Assembly: GCF_004010195.1 (NCBI RefSeq)
Contig: NC_057755.1
Span: 9,153,306-9,217,305 of the forward strand
Direction: 5' to 3'
DNA length: 64,000 nt
From: Chiloscyllium plagiosum
Taxonomy: Eukaryota
Shown: positions 35,291 to 48,490 of the stretch, piece by piece
Numbering within the stretch: the stretch's first letter is position 1
Layout of the letters: each line of letters starts with the position of its first letter
The notes under the pieces: generated by a model
Told to the model about the DNA's origin: nothing
Databases searched by the model: none
What the model saw: only the letters and a program-made list of their open reading frames with translations
Translations under genes and position numbers: made by a program

Positions 35291-36314
35291 CAACAAAATA
35301 GATAGATGTCTATGATAGCAAAATAAACTTAGCCTTATGTTATTAGTACACTACTATACATGCACAGTACTCAAGCATTCAAATATTTGGTACTACAGAC
35401 CATTTCAGTTGGCTGTCCCTCGTCACCAAACATCATTGTCTTCCCCCATGAAAGTCGCAATGATGTATCGGCCACTCGCCTTTGCAAGTGTACAATTGTC
35501 AAACTGAATGCCTTCTAAAGTAAGTTACAACCGAAGAGCCAAGTATTTTTTTCGTTAATTTGGCAAAATCTTAGGAGATTTGGGGTTCAGGTATATAGAT
35601 ATTAAAAACTACAAACAATCAGAAAATAATTTCACTAATGGAAAACTCTGGTCTTTACAGTTAGAGGGCTGGGGTTAAGGAGGCTGGAATCTTCTTATAA
35701 TAATTGAAAATCCTGGTTATAACACGCATGCAGTACTGAGACATATGTGGGCTTTACACTGCAACAGAATATTTTCACCTTGGTTTGAGTACAATGTAAG
35801 TTTCCAAAAACAGTAACTGAAGTGCAGGATTATGACGAGAGTTTGAAAACCTAAGACTGTTTTCTCAACAATTTGAAAGTTAAGAGGTGATCTGATTAAA
35901 AATTTGAAGATATCAAAATATGAAGATAGTGTTGGTAAGGAAACAATTTTTAAAAGTTCTGCAACGAGGTATACATTCTGAGAATTAGTGCTACTGCCTT
36001 CAGGAGAGATGTTAAGATACAATTATGTACATCAGTGAAAGTAATTGCTGTTTCAAACAGTAATTTTCAATCTGAGTTCAATATTCAGTATAAAACAAAG
36101 GTATCAAGGAAAATGGGACAAAAGCAGAAGGATGGAGTGAGTCTATATAACTGCCATGATATCAACAAATGACAGAACAGGCTCGTGTGGCTGAAAGGCG
36201 TCCTCCTGCCCTGAAGTTCTTCTGTTGCTTACATAGCGGGCATGAGTACAGTTCTACCAGCAATGGTCGAATTAAATTGCACAGCTGGCCCAAGGGCTAA
36301 AAAGTCTTTCTATG

Positions 36315-37315
36315 GTTACATACGCTGCAGGCAAGGAAGCCTGAGGTATAATACATGGTCAAGACCAATAGGACGCCATGACAATGAATAAATAGACAAT
36401 GTGCAACAATCGCCAGAAAATACTGTTCCATTCCAGTCAGGGAACACTTCAGCTGTCAAGGACATTCAGCCTCGGATCTTCACGTAAGTGTCCTCCAAGG
36501 CGGATTTTGAGATATGAAACAATAAGAGTACCCAAGCAGATTCTGATTGCCAAATCCGTTTCTGGAGAGGATGTCCTCATTTGGGATCTTGTGTTCCTAT
36601 CATACTACAGGTGGTCATAATATACTAGACACTGTCAGTCGCACACACATACCAGCACACATGCACGCTAATAAACACACACTTAAACACAATCGCCTTC
36701 ACACACTGACACAGAAGCTCTCTCATGTACATGTGCTCTCTGACACACGCATATATACCCATAGACACAACCACACAATCACCCTCTCACGCGCATGTAC
36801 TTGGTCACACTCATGCCCACACTCTGTCAGGTACAGACAGCCTCTAACATGCACACGCACACACACACACACATTCATTGTCTCTCCCTCTCTCCCACAC
36901 ACACGCACGCCAAGACATTTACACGCACGCACACACTCACTCACTCTCTCTCTCTCGCTCTAATGTGCATGCACAGGCATGCACACATACTTCAGTGTCT
37001 GGGATGAATTTGCATTTGCAGATCTATATTTGCAGATATATTCTATTTTGTTTTAGAAGCACACAATCTGTGGGCATCCAGTCTATGTGACATTTTTAAA
37101 AATTCAACTTTTGAAATACAACCAGTCTGACTCATGTTTGCAATACAGACATTGAAACCTCAGGCGACAAATGTATTGTCTGAGATCAGATTTCAATTTT
37201 AATTTTAAAAGTTTACGTTTCTCGGGAATATGCTTTGAAAGAGATTCATGAATGTACGTACTAATGAATCAAAACCTGCATCCCTTCTCAGTGATTAAGA
37301 TTTAACAGCAATCTC
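36315..37315 (+). mobile_element. Penelope-like retroelement 3' part: GIY-YIG endonuclease relic, CA-rich spacer and 3' region
   Basis: 36315-36612 translates, with frameshifts, to IRCRQG...EHFSCQGHSASDLHVSVLQGG...QILIAK...WDLVFLSYY, the C-terminus of a Penelope GIY-YIG domain. CA-rich stretch at 36640-36990. Confidence 0.8.
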
Positions 37316-37595
37316 GGTAGTGTGGAAGCAGATGCAATAGGTGGGTTGAAAACACTTTAAATAAGCACGCATGGATTAGAGGAATATGGACCAAGGACAG
37401 GCAGAAGGTATTATATCAATATGGCGCCACAATAGGTGGGTTGAAAACATTTAAATAACACATGAACACGCAAGGGATAGAAGAATATGGACAAAAGACA
37501 GGCAGAAGGTATTAGTTCAATCTGGCGTCACGTTCGGCACAATGTCATGGGCCGAAGGGCCCGTTCTTGTGCTGTACTATTTAATGTTCTATGTA
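37315..37595 (+). mobile_element. CR1 3' end containing an internal ~95-bp tandem duplication
   Basis: caataggtgggttgaaaaca...ggcagaaggtatta occurs twice. Tail ggccgaagggcccgttcttgtgctgtac. Confidence 0.7.
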
Positions 37596-38949
37596 GCAGT
37601 CTCCTTAATCTCAATGCAGTTAGTAAAGGTGCAACTTTATCTCAGTTGGCTGAATGGCAAGATTGCAATGTCGAGTACTGCTAACAGAATAGGTTCATTT
37701 AGTGTTCAGGTTACATTAACTATGAATATTTAACCTTGCCTATGGCCTGAGATGCTGGACCTCAGGTTCAACTATCAGCAGTTGTTTCGCTCTCATTACA
37801 GTCCAAGACTCTATCGACACTGCATTGATACAACATTCTAACCGATATCCTATTATATATGAACATGTAATCTGTTTGAGTGATTCTATCTCTGGGTGCA
37901 AACCATTTACATTATCAAATGTACAGATAAGTGCTGGTTACTGGAGAACATGGTGCAAAATACAAAAGTACTTTCAAAAATAAAATGAAGCACATACATG
38001 ATACTGGATTTAAATTCTGATCAAATGGAACAAAGCGTGTGTGGAAACTATGTAATTAAGTGCTTATTTAAAACAAAATAATAATCACTGGAGCCATAAC
38101 ATAAACTCTGTCTTCTTTCCATAGATTCTGCAGGATCGGCAATGCTCAACCAAACAAAATCTGCTTTTTGTGACAATACTTGCTGAATTCAGTTTGGGGA
38201 GAAAAACGCTGAATGTAACAGTGAAATAAGCCAACTGCTGCAATGTAGCTGTGAGATGACGGGAATAGAAATTGTGCAAACTGCAAACGACATGTTCAGG
38301 ATAAAATGCTCCTCAAGAAGGGTCCGAGCTTCTGTCAAAATGGGCAAAACTGAATGCTGCCAGTTATTTTGTAAACTGTGAGAAAATCTCCCTAATGTTA
38401 GCCTTGCTCATATAATGTATCTTTCAATCCATTGCTCTTTATTGCAGATATCTGCGCAAGCACACTGGGAAATAGGAAATAACGTATAACTGACTACAGG
38501 ACATATCATATGCATATTATTAGAATTGAGGAATTATCATTACGAATCAAATCTATTTCTTTGAGGTTTCACTAGTTTTTAAATGGCCCCTTCCTCCCAA
38601 ATTTGTCATACTTTTGCTAATTTATGTGAGCAAAAATTGCTTTTGCTACGATACATTTCGTTCAATGAAAACAGTTTTACATTAATGAGGGTGGTTGAGC
38701 AAACGTCATCAGAGAAACAAACTCCATTTGTATATTTTTTTAAAAATGATTGCCTTACCCTGAAATCGCAACTGCAATTCCCACAGAGACTGCGGCATGA
38801 AAATTAATTAACTAACTGTTGAAATTAAAACAAACAAGGATATGGGACAGTGCTTTTATTTTCTCTCCATTCATCATCATTGTGCAGACAAAACACGGAG
38901 TCCTGCTACCACGAAAAGCGTGAGTGAATTTATATCTGCCTAGAAGCAT

Positions 38950-39740
38950 TCTCAAAGATCTTCCTTTCATATAGATTAACTTCACAATGAAAGCAGAGAA
39001 TGATTTGAGAACATCTATCAGCTCGTCTCTGAATGTCTTTTGGTTCACTGCATTGATTAAAAAAAACTGAACAGGATCTCAATGTAAGCACGCTTACATT
39101 TTCGGCTGTGATATATATGGGATGTCAAAAGTTTCCTCGGTAATAACTGATGATTTTGAGTCTGGTCTTTGCAAAGGTTATCACATTTGTCATCCACAGC
39201 ACAATGAATTTCCCGATATAGCAAAGAGAAAAACAATTGATTTTGTTTTTTTTTTTCATCTTGGGTCAAATTTACTGTCAATTACATGACCCTGAAGTGC
39301 TCGGCGTGCTTGACTGTTCACTAGCATGTGTCTGATTGTGCATGAATTAATATGAAAGGAAGACAATCTGAACAGATGCTGTACACGACTACTGAAATTG
39401 AGGAAAAGAATGCCACAACTCACTGGAAGTTCAATTTCACCTTATTAGTAATGTGTTCATGCTCATATACAAAGAAAAAAAGATATTGTTAATAAGCATG
39501 AAGATACAGATGACGGTTATGACTCATGTTGCAATTCACATAGTACTAAACCTTGTCTTAAACGTTGCAGAGCCGATGATTACAAAGCAATCAAAAGTGA
39601 AGGTGATTGTGAACCAGACTGATAATTCGACCACAAGGCAAGTTATTTGGCAATTAAACTGGCAAATATGCTCATGAGACAGAAAGGACAGTGGAAAATT
39701 TTACATGAGGATGTTATTAACGATGATGTTATTGATAATC
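38950..39740 (-). pseudogene. Inverted, 5'-truncated GPR139-like pseudogene (copy 5)
   Basis: Minus strand gives tcagtctggttcacaatcaccttcacttttgattgctttgtaatcatc (SVWFTITFTFDCFVII) and NQKTFRDELIDVLKSFSAFIVKL. Multiple lesions. Confidence 0.9.
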
Positions 39741-39898
39741 TTAACATAAATGTGAGTGCAATTCGGATTGTTAACAATAAAACCATATGTAACCAATGTG
39801 AATGATGTATCTCCGTGTGATACTCTGTTTGTGAGAGTACTTGTGATAAGTTTACACCAAATGTTTATTAATAGTAGACCTCGCCAATTCTTTTGAGA

Positions 39899-39918
39899 GA
39901 TGACGTGTAGTTAAATAT
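39899..39918 (+). promoter_or_regulatory. Orphan GPCR promoter module GATGACGTG-TAG-TTAAATA
   Basis: The ~60 bp upstream match 27530-27590. Downstream sequence switches to the 18860-type block, with no exon 1. Confidence 0.5.
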
Positions 39919-40682
39919 TGATGATCGTGGTGACACCAAAAGAGTGTGGTGCATTAGTTTCCATTTGTATTCTCTGACTTAATGCATGGACCATGCAGCG
40001 ATTAAAGTCATATCAGCTATACTTTATCAAGTATTAAGAGGGAGGATTTGGCCCAGCGTTACTATTGCTGGATTATTAATCCAAACACAGTAATGTTCTG
40101 GTGGACCTTCGTTAAACTCCCACCATGTCTTCAAGTGTTCTTTCTCAATATTGAGAGACAAAGAGGAGTCAAGGAAACACAAATAATGAAACAATTGGAA
40201 GGGTTGAGTGTGTGAGTGAACATGAGACTTTCTTTTGTCGACCCCTAACATCAGTTCTGGTAACTGCAGGCGCATATACAACCACACCTTATGAATCTGC
40301 GTACATTCTCCTCAGCAAAACTAATAATTTCATTGATTTGTTCAATAAATCCATTCACCTCCACCGCACGTGTCAGCGATATTAATATCATTTAGAACTT
40401 CGTCAAAAATCACACAAAACCATGCTCCACCTGTATATTCCATGATTGTTCATCTCCGTCCACTTCATCTTACCGTGGATCAGTGTTATGAAAGCTTGTG
40501 ATTTTAAGTTCCTCTGTTGGACTATAACATGGTATCGTGTGACTTCTGACTTTGTCCATCCCAATCCAAAACTGGCATCTTTACGTCAATTAAGACTCTG
40601 AACATTTCACAATGCCATTCTTTGGTAACGTTGTAGAATTGTGCTCTTGCATCCGTACATCAACTGTTCCATTATGTCCATA

Positions 40683-40889
40683 GGAGAAAATGAGGACTGC
40701 AGATGCTAGAGATCAGAGCTGAAAATGTGTAGCTGGAAAAGCGCAGCAGGTCAGACAGCATCCAAGGAGCAGGAGAATCGACGTTTCGGGCATGAGCCTG
40801 AAGAAGGGCTCATGCCCGAAACGTCGATTATCCCGCTGCTTGGATGCTGTCTGACCTGCTGCGCTTTTCCAGCTACACATTTTCATCTC
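40683..40889 (+). mobile_element. Palindromic Penelope-derived element with a hammerhead ribozyme core at the centre
   Basis: 79-bp inverted arms 40720-40798 / 40807-40885 with 3 mismatches. CTGAAGA-A-GGGC-TCAT-GCCC-GAAA-CGTC at 40798-40825. 14-bp TSD ccattatgtccata / ccattctgtccata (40669-40682, 40890-40903). Confidence 0.85.
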
Positions 40890-43800
40890 CCATTCTGTCC
40901 ATATCTGACTATAACAATACTGTCGTGCTAATTCCCCAACTTTTGTTTCTAAACAAATTTAAGTTCATTATTAACTCTGATAAAAATTGCGTTCACAAGG
41001 GGTTCCAGACCAAATTGCCTTCCTCTTCCTTAATCACATTATATTCCATTGATTCCAAACTGTGCTGCATTGCTATACTTCACAGTTCACAGGGAATCTA
41101 TAAGTAACTAGATCATAGAGAGTAATTCTAGGGATTTTTTTTCTTCCACAGTTTGGAGTATTTAGACTGAAAAAGGGCAATGATGCATCTTCCTTGACCT
41201 GAAGGTTCTTCCAGTTGTTCTGTTTGGTAATAGTTTTACAATACTTGATTCATCGAGATAAGAACCTCGAAGAGAGAGATTGTGCTGGTGTACGGGTAAT
41301 ACACTGGACTGGTAGTCCAAAACCAAGGACAATAAATCTGGGGACATATGTTTACATCTGCTTGTCGCAGATATTGAAGTTTTATTTCAACGAAATTCAG
41401 AAAAAAGGCCAAGTTGTGGTTTAATATGGGAGTTCCTCGCTAGGCCTAAGTTTTATTGCTTGTCCCTGGTTGCAATTGAGGTGGCGATGGTGCGCTGCCT
41501 TCATGAACCGCAACAAATTCAATTCCTGAACTAGAATGCACTGAGGAAGGGAGTTTATTGTTTTCTGCCCCAGGCAATTGAGACGACTACTACCCATTGT
41601 CATAAACTGATCAAATTGACTAATGTCTTTTCGAGAAATAAAATTGCCATCCTTTCTTGGTCTGGCCTTGATGAGATTCCATAGCTACAACAACGTAGTT
41701 AACAGTTCGTTGCAATCTGGGCAATATTGACAGGAACGACTGTTAATAATTGCCCATATGTCAATGCCTACATTCTGCGAATGTATAAATAAAAAAAAAG
41801 GGAACTCTTTGAGCTTCAGCTTTTGGTTAAAATCTCTGTATCTGCTTCCTGTATTCAATTGACGCTGAAAACCTCTTTTAAATTATGTTCACGTTCACAT
41901 ATATTTGCAACTATCCTCACATTTCATCGTCATGTGAGTGACCCCTGGTTGTGAGCTTCATTTCAAGATTTCTTCGCTCACTGTACACGATTGCATAAAA
42001 CATAAAAAAAAAACTTGCAATTGTTCTCTGTATTTGGACTTTTCATGTTTCAAGAAAATAAACACTAAATTTGAGTCTAGCTTCAACAACTGGAATTTAT
42101 GCAATGGGACCAGTATACACTCTCCATCTATCCTAAACACCGACAACAAGAATTTAATTGAACAATATGGAATGAAAGTTAAATGTTCTTAGAAAAAAAA
42201 TTAGTCTATCTTTTGACCGGAAACACCATGACCTAAGCAGTTTAAATTATGAAGGACATGGACAGTATAGTTAAAGATGTTTCCCTTTGTACGAGGGTAA
42301 GTTGCAAGAGTACATAATTTGAAACTGAAATGCAGCAGTTTTAGTGGGGATTTAATGAGAAACCTTTTCACCTGGAGTCAGGTCGGGGTCTAGATTGCAA
42401 TTGCTTGAAGGGTACGAGAGGCGACAATCAACACAATTTGGATGATTAGGTGAAATGTAACGACATGCAAGACCACTGGTTCAGTGCAGGAAATTGGGAT
42501 GGTTGCAGGTAGCAGTTTGTTTATGCTGGAACAGAATTGATGTATCGAGGAGAGTCTTCTGTGCTCCATGATTCTATGAGAGTATAATTACCTTGAAAAT
42601 AAATTGACCTCCTTTAAGACAAAATCCTTCATGAATAACTTTTGCGTTCACAATCGTATTTTCCCCCGATTCTCAGTTGTAATTAAAAATGCAACGTAAT
42701 CTGTGGGCGTTTTCTTCTGTGTTTTCTTTTCAGATACATTCTTACAAAATCCCATTAACCACATTTATTTCCCTCACACATTTCAGCATTCTGAACAAAA
42801 AAATCGGAATTTGTCAAAAAACGAAGCACGTTGCTCTTGAATTTTCACGTAACCGTTTGTATTTACTTTCCACATTAAGAGAATAATTTGGGGTATGCAT
42901 CCTTTACGATGGATACTTACATCCCTTGTACTCCCATTTTCTATCCCTGTTGAATTTATAAAAGTGATTGAAAAAACAGGTTTGTCTTTATGCAGCAAAC
43001 CACAATCGTCAGTCATTGTCGTTGCCTGTCTTGCACTTGCACACCTTTGGTCTTCAACATGGAACTTTGATTTTCGTTCGATGAAAAAAGGAGGTTTCGC
43101 CTTGTGTAATAGTATTTTTTATTTACTCATTCGTCGAACGTGGGTGTCCATGACTGGCCAGCATTTATTTTTCCATACGAAGGAGGAAGTGAGCTGCCCC
43201 CCAAAACCGCTGAGATGTGGACTGTAAAGAGATTAACTCATTTTCGGCCTCCTCCAAAAACAACACTACTTTTGCAGGGTTCAAGATGGGATTTCAAACA
43301 GTTATTCAAGCATTAGGATAACACACAGCAGACTCTATTTAGAACAGAAGTTCCATAATTATTTTGCACTTTTCGTCACGTCTGAATATTCTGTGGTTCA
43401 ACTTCCAATCATATCAGCAGATAATGACACAATTAACATCGTCTGCAATGCTAGTTATATATCAAAAACCCACTGCGCTCACCATTCACGATTCTCAAGA
43501 CTTTTCTAGTAATTCTCTGCTGTTCCTTGCCTTTTTGGTGTGCACAGTTCTTCTGATGAAGTTTGCTCTATTCGTTTGATTATGAGTGTAGAAATCCACC
43601 TCCAGCCCTTGGAGCTGAATTCAATTTTGCCCTCCCATGTTCCATTGGAGACCGACATAATAAGCATTTATTTTCTGCCAAAGAGGCATGAATGCTGGAA
43701 ATATCTTTCCCAATCTGTCATGGTAACTGGGGATACAAACGTATTCAAGGCTAAGTTCACTGTATTTTTTTAGGTAATGATTCCAAGGATGTGACAGGGG

Positions 43801-45477
43801 ATCGGGTGATTAAGATGTCACAGGCAATGGGGAGACAGGAAAGTTGAACTGTACTTTTGTCAGGTCGGTGCTGAAGACATAAAGTGGCAGAATGTGCTGG
43901 AGGCTCCGAAGATGGCACTGTGACTCACGGTTTTCATGCGCATGTGTTCTACTTTCTACATTCATGTTCCCATGCAGCATTGATCAGTGCGCCAGAGTGT
44001 ACAACAATTCTTTCTGTGGTAATGCGGAAGGAAATGTTTGAATAATGGTCGGAATCTATAGATGAAGAAGGGTAAGAGTATTTAATGAAGTAAAGCTAAA
44101 CTTGCTGTCGATCTGCTGGGCCACTGGACTGAAGTCTCATTATGAAAAGAGAGAAAACGAGCGGTGGTCTAATCTCAGTGTCACCACACCTCAAACAAGA
44201 GACCATCATAAGCAAGTAGGACCTTCAAGCCAGAGCACAGCTTGAGCAGGAATTGAATGCGGCATTCTGGTATCACATCATATTATTGAGTGGCTATCAG
44301 GTCAGCTGAAATAACCCGACGTGGACGTGATCGGATTTCTGCCTTTCTCCTCAAGTCATGGATCTCACTTTGAGGTGATTGCCCCCTTTGCTGGCCAATT
44401 CAATGCACTCCACAGCTGCAACTTTCAACCTATGTGAATGATATGATTGACAATTTAGGCAGTCGTAGATCATTGAAAAGGATGTTTCAACTCAACTTGG
44501 TCCATTGCCAATGCGTTGCCAAACATAAACAACCCCACGTGCCTGCGTTTGGCCATTATCTGTCAAAAATATTCCTATTCATGTACTTTTCTAAATGTCT
44601 TTTAAAAGCTGCACCTCTGACTGCATCCATCAATCCACAGACAAATGACAATCTGTGCAAAATCGTTGCCCTAATGTCCTTCTTAAAACTTTCTCCTCGC
44701 AATTTAAAATACATATCCCCTATTTCTAAGTCCACCCCTCTCGGGAAAATAATCTCGCTTATCTGTGCCCATCATGATTTAATAAACCTACTTTATGCCA
44801 CCATTCGAATTCTATGTGCATTCAACTTATTTTTCTAACTCAAAACATCCAATCACAGCAACATTCTGGTAAATATTTACTCTCTCCCTCCAATTTAACA
44901 ACATCCTTCCTAAATCAGTGCGACAGAAATTCATAACGTACTACAGAAGAGGACTCAGTAACATTCAGTACAAACTTAACCTGGCGACCCTGTTCTTATT
45001 CTGAAAGTCTGAGCATTGAAAACAAGTGTTCTAAACTCCTCCTTGACCAGTCTATCAACCTGTGATGCAAGTGTCAAAAGTTTAAAAATATCGAAATGCT
45101 AAGTCTCTCTATTCTATATCCTGACGTAGGGCACTATAATTAATCATTCAACTCCTGCCCTTGTTTACTTTCATAAATGTAATACCTCACATTCATTCAA
45201 TGTCACTCAATTCATTTGTCACTCCTCAGCCCATTGGTCCAACTGATCAAGATCTATTTGATTCAATAACAATTTGAATTATATTTCTTCACATGATTCT
45301 TAAAAAAGAACTTGTAAGCCTATTTCTGACAAGCCTGCACCCAATGTTTATTCATAAGAACACTTACTAATTTGTTTGAGGGATGGCATGCGGTTCAAAA
45401 GAGTATGCATGCTCTGGCACAAGCGAACACATGCCTAAGACTCTCACATCGAACAGAATTTATGCCTCCTCAGAAAA

Positions 45478-46832
45478 ATGGAACGCAATGATTCTGCTGA
45501 TGAAACAGATTCATTACCGATTTCTTGCAACCATCGGTTTCCCTTGTGAGTCCTGTTTAAACCATTTATATCTAGTTTGTGTAAATTGCCTTCGAGTTCC
45601 AAAACTATTCTGGGGCTGCTATAATATTTCTCGGATCTTAGCGATGCACGGACAGATATTTCCCCTAGCCACTCATAAACCATCCATTCACATTGTCTTT
45701 GTTTGACTGAGTTGATAAATTCCCTGCTGTTGGCATCTCAAAGCGTTATGAATATCTAACATTTGCTACCCCAGTGTGTGGTGGAAATCAGTTTCTTCAA
45801 TGTGTTAGATTCACTAATTAGTACTCAACTGTTGTTCTGCCTCAAAGTTTGCCACAATTCATGGGTGGTTGGGAATCTGGAAATCAATATCTGCAATGTG
45901 TTAGAGTCAGAAATCTCATAACGTCTTAGAAGTATTTAGATGTGTTTTGTGATATCAAGGCATAAAGGTCAGTGAACCAAGTGCTCGAAAATGGGATTAG
46001 AATGTTTAGGGTTTTTTTAACCGATGAAGACTTCAATGTTTCAAAAGGGTTTTCTCTTTCCCGTAATCCTCTTTAGCTATTGACTTTCCTTGCCACTTTC
46101 GAGATCCAAAATTGAATGCAATCGCATTATAACATATGTCATATGGGGTGAGTACTTGTTGTTAATCAGTAAACCATAACATGCAGTCGGGACATTCCAG
46201 ATTTTGATGTTTAAATCTATGTACCTCTAATAACTTAGTCCATAATTGATCATTAATTCGTCTTTGAGATTAGAAAAAAACTGAGTGAACATTTATCTTC
46301 TCTATCTTTCTTACAGCGAACATGATGAGTTGTCGTTCTTGTGAGAGGACACTGCGGCCTCTCTAAATGTATATCTGTTGAGATACTTGCCCATGGCAAC
46401 AGCAGACCTGCTGATCATAAGCAATAATGTAGTCGTTTATTGCAATCGTATGTATCACATTCCATTGTCTTTTCTGTCAGAGACCCATAATTGTGAGTTT
46501 AATTTTTACATGGTTTGTGTTATGCTCGGTTTACCAGTCTGAGTCACAGTTGCCTTTATTTTTGATCGCTTTGTCGTCATCTCTTGTCCAAAATTTAAAA
46601 CAATACATTCTTCTGTGCGAAATTCAGCCACAGTTCTAACTGTGATCTGTCCTAGTGCATATCAAGAATATCTTCATTTTCTTTCTATGTGAACATCGAC
46701 GCATTATTAACAACATGAAATGGAACTGCCAGTCAAGTGCGTCATTCATTTCCTCCACTGCAGGAGTCGTCTGTTTCGTTTGGTTTCCTGTTATTTTGAT
46801 TGCCTTCGTTAATTCATTCACATTCAGACAGA
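45478..46832 (+). pseudogene. Two-exon GPR139-like pseudogene (copy 6): exon 1 45478-45545, exon 2 from 46317, 3'-truncated
   Basis: Exon 1 homolog (MILLMKQIHYRFLATIGFP, donor gtgag) with a 2-nt deletion after the ATG. Acceptor ttacag| at 46316. Frameshifts and a W-to-TGA stop. Ends after TM5, followed by a CR1 fragment. Confidence 0.92.
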
Positions 46833-46894
46833 CTGGTGATTAGGGGAGTCTGCAGATACCTTCGGAATCAAACAATTTTCACGAGATGAAACAA

Positions 46895-47495
46895 AGGGAT
46901 CGGTTAAAGTGTGTTTGCTTTTATGCACGGAGTGGCAGAAATGAGAGTGATGCACAGAGAGCATGGATCAGTACTTGGGACTGTGAGGTTGTGGCCATAA
47001 CTAAGACATGGGTTTCACAGATGCCGGAATGTTTGCCAGGTGTTCTCGGGTTTAGAACGTTTAAAAAAGAACAGGGAGTGTGGAAAAAGAGGAGGGATGT
47101 AGCGTTGGTAATCAGAGAGTACATCACAGTTAGGGAAACGAAGGTTGTTGAGGAAGGTTTGCTTACTGAGTCAGTATGGGTGGAAGTTAGGAACAGCAAG
47201 GGAGCAGCCATCTCATTGCGGGTTTTCTACAGACCCCCTAATCGCAGTCGGGAGATTGAAGAACTCATAAGCCGGCAAGTTTTGGAAAAATGCAGAGACA
47301 GCATGGCTGTCGTTATTGGTGACTTCAACATCCTCAATATCGACTGGAACCTTCTTAGTTGCAGAGGGTTTGGATGGAGCTGTTTTTTCAGGTGTGTTCA
47401 GGAGAGTTTCCTTACTCAGCATGTCGACAGACCGACGAGGGGAGGGGCCGTTTTGGATTTGGTGCTCGGCAATGACCCAGGACATGTGTCAGATC
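46895..47495 (+). mobile_element. CR1 ORF2 apurinic endonuclease domain fragment
   Basis: LKCVCFYARS...VVAITKTW...VFYRPPN...VVIGDFN...PTRGGAVLDLVLGN. Confidence 0.92.
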
Positions 47496-47914
47496 ATAAC
47501 AATGCAAACTTGTCAGGTTTTGTGAGAAAAAGAAAGTTTCTGGGGAATAGAGTAGGAAGGTGGAGTAGGCCTTGCGGGTTCGCAAGGCCTACTCCAGTTC
47601 CCATTTCCAATGGCCTTAAAATCTTTGTTGGGTGCTGTTCGCAGCAACTACTAGTTATAATCCCTGATGCCGTTCACCTGCAGATACACTCGAATCTGGA
47701 AAACTGCTTCAACAGAACCTTAATCAAAAAAAAAATCCTTGATTGTGTCAAATCATAAATGTCAGAAAACGATGGAAATTAGCTTCTGCCGGTCTATTTA
47801 TCTGTCCATCTTTCTGTACAACTATCTATCTGTCCGTCTGTATGTATGTTTACTTTTCTATCTGTCTGTCTGTCTACCTAACAGCACACAGACGGGGAAG
47901 CGCCTTTTGCATTG

Positions 47915-48180
47915 AACAGTGGTTCAGTGAAAGGCAGTGTTTCCTCACAAGGCAAGGGACCTGGGTTTGATTACAGCTTTAGATGACAGTCTGTGTGAAA
48001 TTGGCACATTCTGCAGTATCTGCCTGAGTTTCCAGCGAATGCTTACGTTTCCTCCCACAGACACAAAGATGTGCAGCTTCGGGTGGATTGGTCATGCTCA
48101 ATTGACCTATGATGTCCAAAGATGTGCTTGTTAAGTGGACCAGCCATAGTTTATGGGGGTGACAGGCGTGGGGTGGATGG
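47915..48180 (+). mobile_element. Degenerate V-SINE
   Basis: ctgtgtgaaattggcacattct...gtttcctcccacagacacaaagatgtgcag...gtggattggtcatgct. Confidence 0.7.
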
Positions 48181-48428
48181 TCACAATAAAATACCCGTTT
48201 CCAGCAAAAACATATTTCTCAGTTCTTGTTTCAACTTACGTTTTCTCACAATTACATCATCAATGAAATACCGTGTTTCCACCATCTCTGAAAGACGAAT
48301 GAAAATGTTTCTAAAACTGGTCCTCAGAAAAGTAACAAACTGTAAGTTAAATATCCAGTAAGAAGGAAAAACTTCAGGAAATCATTTAACAGATTTGTTT
48401 TTATATGAAGACAAAGCGTGTACTAATG

Positions 48429-48431
<3 letters not shown>

Positions 48432-48488
<57 letters not shown>
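48432..48488. repeat. (AGAT)n microsatellite, about 14 units
   Basis: Visible directly in the sequence. Confidence 0.97.

Positions 48489-48490
<2 letters not shown>

Noticed and set aside
46886..47758. 290-aa ORF as a host gene
   Set aside because: The N-terminal ~200 aa are a decayed CR1 endonuclease; the rest is read-through into non-coding DNA.
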